A stretch of 64,000 bases of DNA from an uncultured cyanobacterium (GCA_963749915.1 CAVVOP010000021.1:480001-544000), one strand, 5' to 3'. Shown: positions 8,961 through 19,778, counted from the stretch's first letter. Translations and numbers: made by a program. The notes: generated by a model not told the origin, from the sequence alone.

Positions 8961-10988
8961 TTATACGGAAGCTAAAACTTGAGAAGTAACTTTATCAGGT
9001 ACTTGATCTAAATGATCATATTGCCAATTAAAGAATCCTACCCCTAAACTTAGGGATCGCAATTCGATAATAAAATCTTGCATTTCCCCTTGAGGTAGAT
9101 AAGCATTCACCTGATCCCAATTTTTCCAATTGGACATAGTATCATAACCCAAAATTTGTCCTCGATGAGTACTGACCAACTGTAATACTTTAGATGTAAA
9201 TTCAGACGGTACAGATATATCTACTTGCAAAATTGGCTCAAGTAAAATCGGCTCACATTGTACCATCCCCTCCGTCATCGCAATCCGTGCCGCTTGCTTA
9301 AAGGCTTGTTCTGAGCTATCGACGGCATGATACGAACCATCGGTAAGGGTGACATCAATATCTACTACGGGATAGCCCAAAGGTCCTTGTTGTAAATATT
9401 CTCTGACCCCGGTTTCCACCCCTGGAATATACTGTTTAGGTACTACGCCGCCAACAATAGTTTGATGAAATTGGAAGCCCTCCCCACGAGAAAGAGGTTT
9501 TATCTCTAGATAGACATCGCCAAACGCCCCATGACCACCACTTTGATGTTTATAACGCCCGTGAATTTTGATGGATTTACGGATGGTTTCTTTATAAGGA
9601 ATTTTCGGATTTTTGGTAATCATCAATAAGTTATACTTATTTTTAAGCCGTTCGAGGGTGACTTGTAAATGTATTTCGCCCTGTCCCCACAAAATAACTT
9701 CATGAGTATTTTCGTCTTGTTCCCATTTCAAAGAGGGATCTTCTTCTAAAATTTTGGCGATCGCACCAGAAATTTTTACTTCATCTCGGTGATTTTCAGC
9801 GGTAACAGCTTTAGGGTAAACAGGTTCAATAATTTGAGCTTTAGGGAGAGACTTAATTTCTTGACCAGCATTTGTGAGAGTATCCCCTGTTTTTATGCCT
9901 TCTAAACGCCCTAACACTACAATTTGACCGACGCTAGCCGAATTTAGGGATTTTTGTTGACTACCCATTAACTGATAAATACCGCCAACCCTTACCCCGT
10001 TGAGGGTCATGCCATCAGTTAAATTACCTTGCCACACTCGCACTAAAGACAATCTTCCCCCCTGTGCACTATAGTAGGTTTTCAATACTTGGGCAATAAC
10101 AGTGTCCGTATCGGAAGTGAGTTGTTTTAAACCTCGTCTTTCGGCAGTTATCGTTGGTTCTGGTGCTTCTTTTATTAAACTATCTAATAATGGACGCACT
10201 CCATAATCATTTTGGGCAATACCGAAAAATACAGGGACAATCAAATCAGCACTTAAATCTTGTTTTAAATCCCTGATAATTTCTTCCTTAGAAGGCTCAA
10301 TTTCTTCTACTAATTCTTCCAATAAATGATCATCAAAATCTGCCAAAATCTCCAACATCTCTTGCCGTGCTTCGGTTTCCGCCTCTTTCAACTCATGGGG
10401 AAAAGCCACTAAATCCGCCTCGCTACCCTGATGATAATGGTAGGCTTGTTCCGTAATTAAATCGATATAACCGATGATATCTTGAGCTTTTTTGATGGGG
10501 TATTGTTGAGGTACCAGAGGACGACTAGAAACATCTTTGATAGCTTTGAGCACCTCCATGAAACTATCTTGGGATCGATCCATTTTATTGATATATACTA
10601 GGTGAGGGATTTGCCACTCATCCAAAAATTGAAATAAGGGTGCAAGGGTTAAAACTTTATTTACAGAAGGCTCACAGACGATAATAGTGCAACCAGAACC
10701 CACTAAGGCATTATAGGTTTCTTGCATAAATTCTACGGAACCTGGACAATCAAGAAAAGTAAAATTAATGCCCTTATATTCGGTATAAGCAGAGGATACT
10801 TCCACACTCATGTTACGGTTTTTTGCCTCTGGGGAACTATCACTGACGGTATTACCGTCATTTACATTACCTTTGCGATTTATCGCACCTGAAACGAATA
10901 ATAAACTCTCTAACAAAGTCGTTTTTCCAGTAGAATAAGGACCAACGATCGCTATATTTCTCATAGATATACTAGTATTTTGATTCAT
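8961..10988 (-). CDS. fusA: Elongation factor G-like protein (EF-G paralogue)
   Basis: GPYSTGKTT P-loop, DCPG, NKMD, HQSGGHG, DSSEQAF motifs; divergent cyanobacterial EF-G paralogue. Confidence 0.85.
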   Translation of the reverse strand: MNQNTSISMRNIAIVGPYSTGKTTLLESLLFVSGAINRKGNVNDGNTVSDSSPEAKNRNMSVEVSSAYTEYKGINFTFLDCPGSVEFMQETYNALVGSGCTIIVCEPSVNKVLTLAPLFQFLDEWQIPHLVYINKMDRSQDSFMEVLKAIKDVSSRPLVPQQYPIKKAQDIIGYIDLITEQAYHYHQGSEADLVAFPHELKEAETEARQEMLEILADFDDHLLEELVEEIEPSKEEIIRDLKQDLSADLIVPVFFGIAQNDYGVRPLLDSLIKEAPEPTITAERRGLKQLTSDTDTVIAQVLKTYYSAQGGRLSLVRVWQGNLTDGMTLNGVRVGGIYQLMGSQQKSLNSASVGQIVVLGRLEGIKTGDTLTNAGQEIKSLPKAQIIEPVYPKAVTAENHRDEVKISGAIAKILEEDPSLKWEQDENTHEVILWGQGEIHLQVTLERLKNKYNLLMITKNPKIPYKETIRKSIKIHGRYKHQSGGHGAFGDVYLEIKPLSRGEGFQFHQTIVGGVVPKQYIPGVETGVREYLQQGPLGYPVVDIDVTLTDGSYHAVDSSEQAFKQAARIAMTEGMVQCEPILLEPILQVDISVPSEFTSKVLQLVSTHRGQILGYDTMSNWKNWDQVNAYLPQGEMQDFIIELRSLSLGVGFFNWQYDHLDQVPDKVTSQVLASV

Positions 10989-11384
10989 AATTTCTGCTCC
11001 TAATGTGAGGGTAATTTTCAGATTAACTAATTAGGTTTTAATCCTAGAATCTTCGATTAATCAGAGTTTTGATAAAATTGGCTATATTTTCACACTAACT
11101 TATTTCTGACTTTTAGAGGTAGATAATGTTATTTATCTTAAATATTAATCAAATTGTAAAGTTTTAATTTTAATTATGAATTTTTTTTACCTAATTTTAA
11201 CAAAAATAATTAATTAACTATCAACTATCAACTATTTTTGTTTGTCACGTTACATTTAGTTTGATCATAGTTAGGGATAATATTATAGGGGTTGTGGAAA
11301 GCAGCAGGTATTTCTGTATTTTGGGACTATAACCCGAACTAATTTGTAATTGATTATCGATGAATAAACACTTGAGTAAGAAAA

Positions 11385-13082
11385 ATGAAACCATTGATTA
11401 TTGTTTCTGCATTAGGCTATACGGGATACAAAATTTATAATTTATTAAAGCTACAAGATGCCAATGTTGTTGGCATCAGCGATCGCCCTATGATCACTCA
11501 AGTTGATGATAAAATTATTGTCGGCGATTTACGCTCACCTCAAGTATTAATGGAAGCGGGAATAAAACAAGCCTGTACTATTGTGTTAGCTAGTAGCGAT
11601 GATGCCTTGAATGTGGCCATTTTGACTCAAGCAAGAATTCTCAACCCAAAAATTCGCATCGTTAATCGTCTCTATAATCATACCCTCGGGACAAGGTTAG
11701 ATCATACTTTGCCGGATCACTTTACCATGAGTGTTCCTTCCTTAGCCGCCCCTATTTTTGCCTTTGCCGCTTTAGGAAATCAAGCCATTGGCCATTTGAA
11801 ATTATTTGAACAGACATGGGCGTTGCATGAAGAAGTTATTACCGGAGAACATCCCTGGTGTGGGTTAAGTTTGGCCCGATTGTGGGATAACCTTGACCAG
11901 ATGTTGATTTATTATCTACCAAAAAATGGCGAAATGGACCTTGTTTCCGCAGTGGTGAAGGATCAAACCTTAGAATTAGGAGATCATCTAATCTTAGCCA
12001 ATAAAGCCAAAATTAACCCTAAACGTCCTTTTTTCTTGTCTCAATGGTTTAAAGCCTTTTTCAATGTCGGCACTTATAAGCAATATGCACAGTCCATAAT
12101 TATGGTGACATTAACCCTGTTAACCCTAATTTTCTTAGCGACATTTACTTATTTATGTGTCAATTGGGAAATTTCTCCAGTGGATGCCCTTTATTTTAGC
12201 GTGGGTATGATTACTGGTGCTGGGGGGAAAGAAGAAGTAGCGGAGTCCGCACCCGGTATAATTAAAGTTTTCACGGCGATTATGATGATTGTCGGTGCCG
12301 GAATTGTCGGTATTTGTTACGCTTTAATCAATGATTTCGTCCTAGGCAGTCGCTTAAAACAATTTTGGGATGCTGCTAGAGTGCCAACCAAAAATCATTA
12401 TCTCGTCTGTGGTTTGGGTAATGTGGGCATGGAAATTGTCAGGGAACTGCATCAACAAGGCCATGAAATTGTTGTTATTGAACCTGATCAGAATAACCGA
12501 TTTTTGCACTCAGTGCGATCGCTGGGTATTCCCGTCATTGTGGAGGATGCCTCTTTAGCAGATACTTTACAAGCGGCAAATATCGAAGGGGCCAACTCTA
12601 TTATCGTCGTGACGAGCAATGATATGATTAATGTAGAAATCGCCTTAACAGTCAAAGCCTTAGTGCCGAAAATCCCTGTTATTTTAAGAGTACAAGATAA
12701 TCAATTTGCTGAATCTGTCAAAGAAGTATTTCAATTTGAAAATGTTTTATCACCCACCGAACTAGCTACTCATTCCTTTGCGGCGGCGGCATTGGGGGGA
12801 AGAATTTTAGGGAACGGTATGACCGATGACTTATTATGGGTATCACTAGCAACAATGATCACTCCCAATCATCCGTTTTGTGAAAAAATTGTCAAAGAAA
12901 TTGCCACAGAGGCAGATTTTGTACCTCTTTACATATCGAGGGGAATGGATAACATTCACAGTTGGAATTTACTCAACACTAAACTAATGAATAACGATGT
13001 CTTATATTTAACCATGCCTGCTACGAAATTAGAGCAACTTTGGCGAGTTTCCCCTTCTTCTCCTTTACTAATTTCTCGTTAA
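11385..13082 (+). CDS. Potassium channel family protein with TrkA-N/RCK domains
   Basis: Two Rossmann-like RCK domains (LGYTG, CGLGNVG) flanking a two-TM pore region (DALYFSVGMITGAGG). Confidence 0.85.
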   Translation: MKPLIIVSALGYTGYKIYNLLKLQDANVVGISDRPMITQVDDKIIVGDLRSPQVLMEAGIKQACTIVLASSDDALNVAILTQARILNPKIRIVNRLYNHTLGTRLDHTLPDHFTMSVPSLAAPIFAFAALGNQAIGHLKLFEQTWALHEEVITGEHPWCGLSLARLWDNLDQMLIYYLPKNGEMDLVSAVVKDQTLELGDHLILANKAKINPKRPFFLSQWFKAFFNVGTYKQYAQSIIMVTLTLLTLIFLATFTYLCVNWEISPVDALYFSVGMITGAGGKEEVAESAPGIIKVFTAIMMIVGAGIVGICYALINDFVLGSRLKQFWDAARVPTKNHYLVCGLGNVGMEIVRELHQQGHEIVVIEPDQNNRFLHSVRSLGIPVIVEDASLADTLQAANIEGANSIIVVTSNDMINVEIALTVKALVPKIPVILRVQDNQFAESVKEVFQFENVLSPTELATHSFAAAALGGRILGNGMTDDLLWVSLATMITPNHPFCEKIVKEIATEADFVPLYISRGMDNIHSWNLLNTKLMNNDVLYLTMPATKLEQLWRVSPSSPLLISR

Positions 13083-13149
13083 TGTTATAGAACTGTCAAC
13101 AGGTGCTAACATTGAGGTTGTTATTTTGTTAATTATTCACTGAAAAAAA

Positions 13150-14016
13150 GTGTTACCTCGTCATTACCTTTTCTCTATCCTTGCTTGTCTCAGTATTTTT
13201 TCTTTTACCCCTAGTATTAAAGCTCAAGCCTTATTACCCTATACTCCTGAATTAAACGCCGAATTTTTAGATTCTTATGGATCTCAATTATTGCAAGATG
13301 CTGTTCAGTTAATGCGTTTTCGAGAATTTGAACTGGCTTTATCAAGGGCAAAATTAGCGGTACAATTATCTCCTAATCATTATGAGCCTTGGTTTATTTT
13401 GGGGACGTTAAATATTCAAGCTGGAGAGATAGAAGCTGGAGTCAAGGCTTTACAAGAAGCCAAAAGATTAGCCCCTGAAGATTCAAGTGTACTCTTTTCT
13501 CTGGGTAATTCCTATTTTCAGTTAGGAGATTATGATTTGGCGGTGAAAGAGTTACAGGCAGGTTTGAAAATAAATACGGAAATGCCGCAAGCCTATTTTG
13601 ATTTAGGGAATGCTTATTTTAAATTAACGAAATATTCAGAAGCCATCGCCTCTTATCAAAAAGCGGTTAAATTAGAAAAAGAATTTTGGCCAGCCATCAA
13701 TAATATCGGTTTAGTTGAGTACGAAAAAGGTCAAGTTGATAAGGCGATTGAATCATGGCGTCAAGCCCTAACTGTTGAGAAAAATCAGGCTGAACCAACA
13801 TTGGCGATAGCCGTGGGATTATATAGACAAGGGAAAAAACCGGAAGCCATCCAATTAGGGAAAGAAGCCTTGAAAATTGATAATAGTTACGGAAATTTGG
13901 AATATTTAAAAGAAAATCTTTGGGGAGAAAAATTATTAGCTGATACCACTAAATTTTTCCTAGATCCCGCTATTGCACCGTTAGTAGGGAAAAAACCATC
14001 CCTTCCCTCAGAATAA
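13150..14016 (+). CDS. Tetratricopeptide repeat protein, exported
   Basis: Signal peptide plus tandem TPR motifs (LGNSYFQLGDY, LGNAYFKLTKY). Confidence 0.88.
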   Translation: MLPRHYLFSILACLSIFSFTPSIKAQALLPYTPELNAEFLDSYGSQLLQDAVQLMRFREFELALSRAKLAVQLSPNHYEPWFILGTLNIQAGEIEAGVKALQEAKRLAPEDSSVLFSLGNSYFQLGDYDLAVKELQAGLKINTEMPQAYFDLGNAYFKLTKYSEAIASYQKAVKLEKEFWPAINNIGLVEYEKGQVDKAIESWRQALTVEKNQAEPTLAIAVGLYRQGKKPEAIQLGKEALKIDNSYGNLEYLKENLWGEKLLADTTKFFLDPAIAPLVGKKPSLPSE

Positions 14017-14413
14017 AATCATCGTTTTACATTGCAACAGTTTGATATCTAACTCATTCTTATACCTGTTAAATTCTCATCAACACAGGCAATAAGAACT
14101 GATTTTTGCCCTTATGGTTGGTTATAACTTAATTATTGATACTCACTCTTTTTAAGGGTGGTTTTTGGCGAAGTTTTTTGTAAATGGTTCTAAAGATGAT
14201 AAACTGAGAACTTATAATAAATCTGACGATGCACAGATCACTTACAGCCGTTTTCAGATTCATCAATAATAGTGACAATTGTGAGCTTTTTGCCGAACTT
14301 GTAGATTTTATTCTATAATTTTTGTGGCAAATTAACATAACTAATTTTTAAATTATTTTATTCATCCACTTCTCGAATACTAATTATTAGCAATTAATCT
14401 TAGTTTATATAAT

Positions 14414-17400
14414 ATGTCAACTTTACATGGTAGCTTTTTAATAAAAAATGAACGAAAATATTTTTTTATTTGGAGTGAAGAATGGAAACAATTAGAGAGG
14501 GAAAAATATGATTTAGAAGCTGAATATTTATATCTTTATCCTTTTTTACTTGATCAACCTACAATTTTATATTCTTTTTTAGAAAAATATAGTTACGCTG
14601 GTTCTTTACAAGATTATAAAGATAATTTAGATAAAATTTGGCAATGGGAAATGGTGTTATTTCCCTCTCAAAAAAAACCTAAATCTAAAACAGTTATTCC
14701 CCTTTTATATGAACAATTTATGGGTATTAGTAACAAGTTGAGTACTGTTATTTTGTACCCTTGGGAAATAGGAGGTTTTAAATTAGACATTTTTCAATTG
14801 TTAGATTTTTTACCTAAATTACCTTTAGGTAAAGTTAGTTATATCGGATCAGACCTGCGTTTTTGGAGTCATATTTATCGCTGGAGTTTAGACTTAATTT
14901 GTCGGCAGAAATTTTTGCCCTGTATTGATGAAAAAAATAAAACTTTTTGGCAACCATTACTAGATAGTAACATCGATCAAAGCAGACTGGCTCATTTCAT
15001 CCAATCAATGCCTTCTCTGTGTCGTTGTTATGTAGAATCAGAAGATGATCCGATTATTCCACAACAAGAATTAATACTGGATTTTTTAGGCACAATTTTG
15101 GATGCACAAGTAAGAGAACTTTTAAACAATTATTCCCCTATTCCGAATAATGATTTAATGATTCAGCCATGGTTAGAATCCCTAAATAGTAAGGAAAGTT
15201 TTACTTCCAAATTATCCTCATTAGATGGTAAAAGATTAAAAATGGCTTTTGACAATTGGACCTTACCCATTCAAGATAATTTAATAACTTCTGATTATCA
15301 ATTACTAACAAAACAGTATCGAATTTGCTTTAAATTACAACCTCCCATTAGTCAAAATCAAACAGATAATTATGATAATTGGAAATTAAATTATTATTTA
15401 CAAGCATTGGATAATCCTGATTTTTTATTACCCACTGAACAAATTTGGACACACCCTTATCCCGAACTAGATATCGACGATCGCACCATTGAAAATCCCC
15501 AAGAAATTATCTTAAAAGGTTTAGGATTAGCCAGTCGATTTTATCAACCTATTGCTAGAAGTTTAGAGGAATCTATGCCTAATTTTTGCACTTTAAATGC
15601 CATTGAAGCCTACCAATTTATTCGTAGTATCGTTTGGCAATTACAAGACAATGGTTTAGGAGTAATTTTACCCGATGGTTTAGCTAGTGGCGTTGATGAG
15701 AAACGGTTGGGAGTAAAAATTGAAGCCAAGGTTAACCAGAAAAAAGGTGAAAGATTAAACTTAAATAGTCTGCTGAATTATAATTTAAAAGTCGCCGTTG
15801 GGGATAAAACCTTAACAAAAAAAGAGTTTCAAAATTTATTAGCCCAAAAATCTCCTATTGTGGAAATAGATGGACAATGGTTAGCCTTACAACCCGCCGA
15901 TGTTAAGGCCGCTGAAGATATTTTAAATCAAGCGGAAAATAATATTAATTTAACAGTAGAAGATGCCTTAAGATTAAGTAGTGGTAATGCAGAAACCATC
16001 GCTAAGTTGCCTGTTATTGCCTTTGAAAGTAGTGGTGCTTTAGCCGATTTAATTAACAGTATTAATGATAATCAAAAAATTGAAGTTTTACCTACTCCTA
16101 AACATTTTAAAGGTACTTTACGTGCTTATCAACAAGTTGGATTTAGTTGGTTATATTTTCTAGAAAAATGGAATTTAGGGGCATGTTTAGCGGACGATAT
16201 GGGTTTAGGAAAAACTATACAATTAATCGCTTTTTTATTAACCTTAAAAGAACAAAAATTATTAAACAAACCTAGTCTTATTGTTTGTCCTACTTCAGTA
16301 CTAAATAATTGGGAAAGAGAAATTCAAAAATTTGCACCATCATTAAAAGTAATTATCCATCACGGAGAACAAAGAAGTAAAGAAAAAGTATTTCTAAAAG
16401 AAGCTCAAAAAGTTGATGTTATTATTACCAGTTTTGCTCTAATTTATCGTGATTTTGACACTTTAAATATGATAGAATGGCGGGGAGTTATTCTTGATGA
16501 GGCTCAAAATATTAAAAATCCCCAAGCTAAACAAACCCAAGCCGTACAAGAGTTGAAAACAGAATTTAGAATCGCTTTAACTGGTACTCCCGTCGAAAAT
16601 CGTCTATCAGAATTGTGGTCAGTTTTAGAATTTTTAAATCCAGGTTATTTAGGTACACAACAGTTTTTTCAACGACGTTTTACCATACCCATCGAACAAT
16701 ATGGAGATCAACATTCTTTACAAACTTTACGATCTTTGGTACAACCTTTTATCTTACGGCGTTTAAAAACAGACAAAAATATTATTCAAGATTTACCAGA
16801 AAAACAGGAGATGAATGTTTATTGTGGCTTATCGTCTGAACAAGCTCAAATATATCAAAATTTAGTAGAAGAATCTTTGGTAAAAATTAACGAAAGTAAC
16901 GGTATTAAACGTCATGGATTAGTCTTAACTTTATTGATGAAATTAAAGCAGGTTTGCAATCATCCTGCCCATTTGCTAAAGGAAGAAACGCTAGATTTTT
17001 CTCCCAGATCCGGTAAATTGTTGCGATTAGAAGAGATGTTAGAAGAAGTTGTGGACGAGGGCGATCGTAGTCTAATATTTACACAATTTACAGAATGGGG
17101 AAATCTATTGCAACCTTATTTAAAGCAAAAACTAGGGGTTGAAGTACTATTTTTATCGGGGAGTACCAAAAGAGAAAAACGTCAAGAAATGGTCGATCGT
17201 TTTCAAAATGATCCCCAGGGACCACCCATTTTTATACTATCTTTAAAAGCAGGGGGAACAGGTTTAAATTTGACAAAAGCAAACCATGTTTTTCACTATG
17301 ATAGATGGTGGAATCCTGCGGTAGAAAACCAAGCAACAGATCGAGCTTTTCGCATAGGACAAAAACAAAATGTACAAGTGCATAAATTTGTCTGTAGTGG

Positions 17401-17548
17401 TACATTAGAAGAAAAAATTAACGATATTTTAGAAAGTAAAAAACTACTAGCGGAACAGATAATTAATACCGGAGAAGACTGGCTAACGGATTTAGATACA
17501 GATAAATTAAGAAATTTATTAGTCTTAGAAAGAAATGCTGTGTTATAA
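14414..17548 (+). CDS. SNF2-family DEAD/DEAH helicase
   Basis: LADDMGLGKT, LDEAQNIKN, LTGTPVENRL, SLKAGGTGLNL, QATDRAFRIGQ motifs. Confidence 0.95.
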   Translation: MSTLHGSFLIKNERKYFFIWSEEWKQLEREKYDLEAEYLYLYPFLLDQPTILYSFLEKYSYAGSLQDYKDNLDKIWQWEMVLFPSQKKPKSKTVIPLLYEQFMGISNKLSTVILYPWEIGGFKLDIFQLLDFLPKLPLGKVSYIGSDLRFWSHIYRWSLDLICRQKFLPCIDEKNKTFWQPLLDSNIDQSRLAHFIQSMPSLCRCYVESEDDPIIPQQELILDFLGTILDAQVRELLNNYSPIPNNDLMIQPWLESLNSKESFTSKLSSLDGKRLKMAFDNWTLPIQDNLITSDYQLLTKQYRICFKLQPPISQNQTDNYDNWKLNYYLQALDNPDFLLPTEQIWTHPYPELDIDDRTIENPQEIILKGLGLASRFYQPIARSLEESMPNFCTLNAIEAYQFIRSIVWQLQDNGLGVILPDGLASGVDEKRLGVKIEAKVNQKKGERLNLNSLLNYNLKVAVGDKTLTKKEFQNLLAQKSPIVEIDGQWLALQPADVKAAEDILNQAENNINLTVEDALRLSSGNAETIAKLPVIAFESSGALADLINSINDNQKIEVLPTPKHFKGTLRAYQQVGFSWLYFLEKWNLGACLADDMGLGKTIQLIAFLLTLKEQKLLNKPSLIVCPTSVLNNWEREIQKFAPSLKVIIHHGEQRSKEKVFLKEAQKVDVIITSFALIYRDFDTLNMIEWRGVILDEAQNIKNPQAKQTQAVQELKTEFRIALTGTPVENRLSELWSVLEFLNPGYLGTQQFFQRRFTIPIEQYGDQHSLQTLRSLVQPFILRRLKTDKNIIQDLPEKQEMNVYCGLSSEQAQIYQNLVEESLVKINESNGIKRHGLVLTLLMKLKQVCNHPAHLLKEETLDFSPRSGKLLRLEEMLEEVVDEGDRSLIFTQFTEWGNLLQPYLKQKLGVEVLFLSGSTKREKRQEMVDRFQNDPQGPPIFILSLKAGGTGLNLTKANHVFHYDRWWNPAVENQATDRAFRIGQKQNVQVHKFVCSGTLEEKINDILESKKLLAEQIINTGEDWLTDLDTDKLRNLLVLERNAVL

Positions 17549-17608
17549 AACTTTAGGGTAACTGTGCTAATAATTCATCAAAAATATGTTATGATGTCTG
17601 GTGGTTAA

Positions 17609-17682
17609 CGGGATGTAGCGCAGCTTGGTAGCGCACTTCGTTCGGGACGAAGGGGCCGCAGGTTCAAATCCTGTCATCCCGA
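17609..17682 (+). tRNA. tRNA-Pro (CGG)
   Basis: Cloverleaf: CGGGATG/CATCCCG acceptor stem, anticodon arm CTTCG-TTCGGGA-CGAAG, T-loop GGTTCAAATCC; CCA not encoded. Confidence 0.97.
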
Positions 17683-17711
17683 TTCTAATCAAACCTGTTG
17701 TACATTATCAA

Positions 17712-17836
17712 AATCGAGGTAAATTAATCTTAGATGCAAGTTGTCCGCCAAGACAAAGAAGACCAAGAAAAGAAACCAGTAGAATTTGGGGGTAAAATAA
17801 GTGCCAGTATTTATGAAAATTTTGTCTTTTTAGATA
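17712..17836 (+). pseudogene. IS5-family transposase fragments
   Basis: Short translated pieces NRGKLILDASC and KPVEFGGKISAS..FVFLD resemble non-contiguous parts of cyanobacterial IS5 transposases. Confidence 0.6.
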
Positions 17837-18246
17837 ACTGACGTTACGCAAAGAGTCATAAATCAGGTTAAAATGACAAAATGAAACAACAACTCAAAGA
17901 ACCCTATAGTGATTATCTAATTAGTTCTTTCAATCAAGTGACTGCCACAGGCTTATCATCAGCATTGAAAGGAAATGTCAGCCATGATCAGGTGACAAGG
18001 TTTTTGTCCGGAGAAGAGATGACAAACAAACAACAAAATCGAATACTGGTTTAGCTAAATCACCAACAAAGTGTATTAAAACTCAGTGTAATCATATTTT
18101 TATGTCAATATATGCAGCGTTTCAATTAGAATGCCTAAAGATCAAGCATAAGGTCAATCATTTTGCTCTTCGGAGTCGTATTTACATTAAGGCACTCCAA
18201 GAAGCTATGACAGAGTTACAGTTGCTCAAGGCTGCGTAACATCAGT
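17837..18246 (+). mobile_element. Internally deleted IS701-family element (MITE-like, about 410 bp)
   Basis: Terminal inverted repeats ACTGACGTTACGCA / TGCGTAACATCAGT (13 of 14 match); inside, the transposase N-terminus (YSDYLISSFNQVTATGLS..SHDQVTRFL) is joined to its C-terminus (LAKSPTK..TQCNHIFMSIYA..NHFALRSRIYIKA). Confidence 0.8.
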
Positions 18247-18268
18247 GAATAAGCTGAAAAATAAACAA

Positions 18269-18298
18269 GGTGCGTTACACTTCATTAACGTACCCTAC
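18269..18298. repeat. REP-like palindrome
   Basis: GGTGCGTTA-N8-TAACGTACC followed by CTAC, typical of GTAG-type REP hairpins. Confidence 0.55.
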
Positions 18299-18302
18299 AA
18301 GA

Positions 18303-18395
18303 TATGACTATTTGGTATGTTACCCAGAAAGTTTCGTCTTTTTATCCTGTAAGGATTGACTATCAGGAAAGTTTCCGCATAATACATAGTTAGCC
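18303..18395 (+). other. Integron attI-like site, copy A
   Basis: GCATAAT-ACATA-GTTAGCC (L box, 5-bp spacer, GTTRRRY-type core at 18389-18395); two GAAAGTTTC boxes 40 bp apart; first 33 bp identical to 21191-21223. Confidence 0.8.
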
Positions 18396-18411
18396 TTAAA
18401 GGAACAAACAC

Positions 18412-19236
18412 ATGTCCCAAGATATCCCGGTACGTGAACCATTCCGAGTGCCCTTTCGTTCATTCACCCCGTTTCTGCTGATCTCGTTTGGATTGGCTTG
18501 GGGTATCCTTGGAATGTACATCCTTCTTCCAGAACGAATGGGAGCGGTGTTCGGGCAACTCACCGGCAATCACCCGCTTTTCTTCCTAGCCGTATACGCG
18601 CCTGCTATCGCAGCCTTCACTCTAGTTGTCCGCTACGGCGGATTTACAGGCCTGCGGCGCTTCTTCGGGCGTGTGTTGCTCTGGCGCTGCAGTGCTGCCT
18701 GGTACGCTTTTCTGATCATTGGCATACCTTTGATCTTCATCTGCGGTTCCTGGCTCAGGGGAAACCTTTTCACTGAACCCTTTCCATTCCCGTCCTTTCA
18801 GTCTTTGGTCGCGGCGTTGGTCCTTGCCGCAATCAAAGGCCCGATGGAAGAGTTTGGCTGGAGGGGGCTCGCACTTCCTCTTCTTCAAAGAAAGTTCGCT
18901 CCGCTCTGGGCCGGACTGATTCTTGGAGCCATCTGGGCACTTTGGCATTTGCCGGCCTTCCTGTTGAGCGGAACCCAGCAGAGCGAGTGGTCATTCACCG
19001 CGTTCTTTGCTGGATGCCTGGCGATAAGCGTCATCGTAACGGCACTGTTCAATGAGTCGAAAGGCAGCATTTTGCTGTCGGCGTTTTTCCACTTCTCACT
19101 CATGAATCCTATCTTTCCTGACGCCCAGCCCTATGACACATACCTGTTGATCGTTGTTGCTGTCCTGATCGTCTGGCGGAAACGTAATAATATGTTAAAA
19201 AGACAAGGTGCTGTAGTGGAAGTAATTTCGCATTGA
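18412..19236 (+). CDS. CPBP (CAAX/Abi) family intramembrane glutamic endopeptidase, gene-cassette ORF
   Basis: EEFGWRG and WALWHLP motifs, multiple TM segments; visibly GC-richer than host; starts about 20 bp after the core site. Confidence 0.9.
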   Translation: MSQDIPVREPFRVPFRSFTPFLLISFGLAWGILGMYILLPERMGAVFGQLTGNHPLFFLAVYAPAIAAFTLVVRYGGFTGLRRFFGRVLLWRCSAAWYAFLIIGIPLIFICGSWLRGNLFTEPFPFPSFQSLVAALVLAAIKGPMEEFGWRGLALPLLQRKFAPLWAGLILGAIWALWHLPAFLLSGTQQSEWSFTAFFAGCLAISVIVTALFNESKGSILLSAFFHFSLMNPIFPDAQPYDTYLLIVVAVLIVWRKRNNMLKRQGAVVEVISH

Positions 19237-19277
19237 AAGGCAGCCGATGGCTAAATCGACGTTAGCTATTTATTCAA

Positions 19278-19682
19278 ATGAAAACTAATATGAATGCTTT
19301 GTTCGCAAAAGCTATAGCAATTTGGTTATTAATTGCAGCAGGAGAAATATTGAATGGAAATTTCCGTGTCAGATTCCTGCATAGAAGATATGGAATAAAT
19401 CGTGCCAAGAAAATTAGTTTCTTCACGGGGATCACAATAATCTATACGATATGCTGGTATACGCTACCCTGGGTCAATCCCGCAAACTTGCAAGACTGTT
19501 TCCTGATAGGTCTGATCTGGATGCTCTTAATGCTTTGCGTTGATATTTACTTTGGAAGGTACGTATTCCGTGTCAAATGGATTAAGATATTAGAGGACTT
19601 CGATCTAAGAAAGGGTAACCTGCTTGGTATAGGCATGGGATTGTTATTTTTCTGTCCGACTATCGTATATCTACTGACTTGA
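19278..19682 (+). CDS. Hypothetical membrane protein, gene-cassette ORF
   Basis: 134 aa with about 4 hydrophobic segments; preceded by GTTAGCT and followed by an attC. Confidence 0.8.
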   Translation: MKTNMNALFAKAIAIWLLIAAGEILNGNFRVRFLHRRYGINRAKKISFFTGITIIYTICWYTLPWVNPANLQDCFLIGLIWMLLMLCVDIYFGRYVFRVKWIKILEDFDLRKGNLLGIGMGLLFFCPTIVYLLT

Positions 19683-19715
19683 AACAATACCGGCTCCTAA
19701 TAAGTGAGACCAAAA

Positions 19716-19775
19716 GGCTAACAAGGCTAATACAGCCGACGCAAAAAGGCGCGCGGCTGATTAGCGGCGTTAGCT
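19716..19775 (+). other. Integron attC site (60 bp)
   Basis: R'' GGCTAAC, L'' AATACAGC, central CGACGCAAAAAGGCGCGCG, L' GCTGATT, R' GTTAGCT; L'' has the single extra base relative to L'. Confidence 0.9.
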
Positions 19776-19778
19776 TGA

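Noticed and set aside
14414..17548. SNF2 helicase as part of a defence system with the neighbouring island
   Set aside because: It has host-like composition, lies on the other side of the tRNA, and has no methylase or nuclease partners; it resembles the common stand-alone bacterial SNF2.
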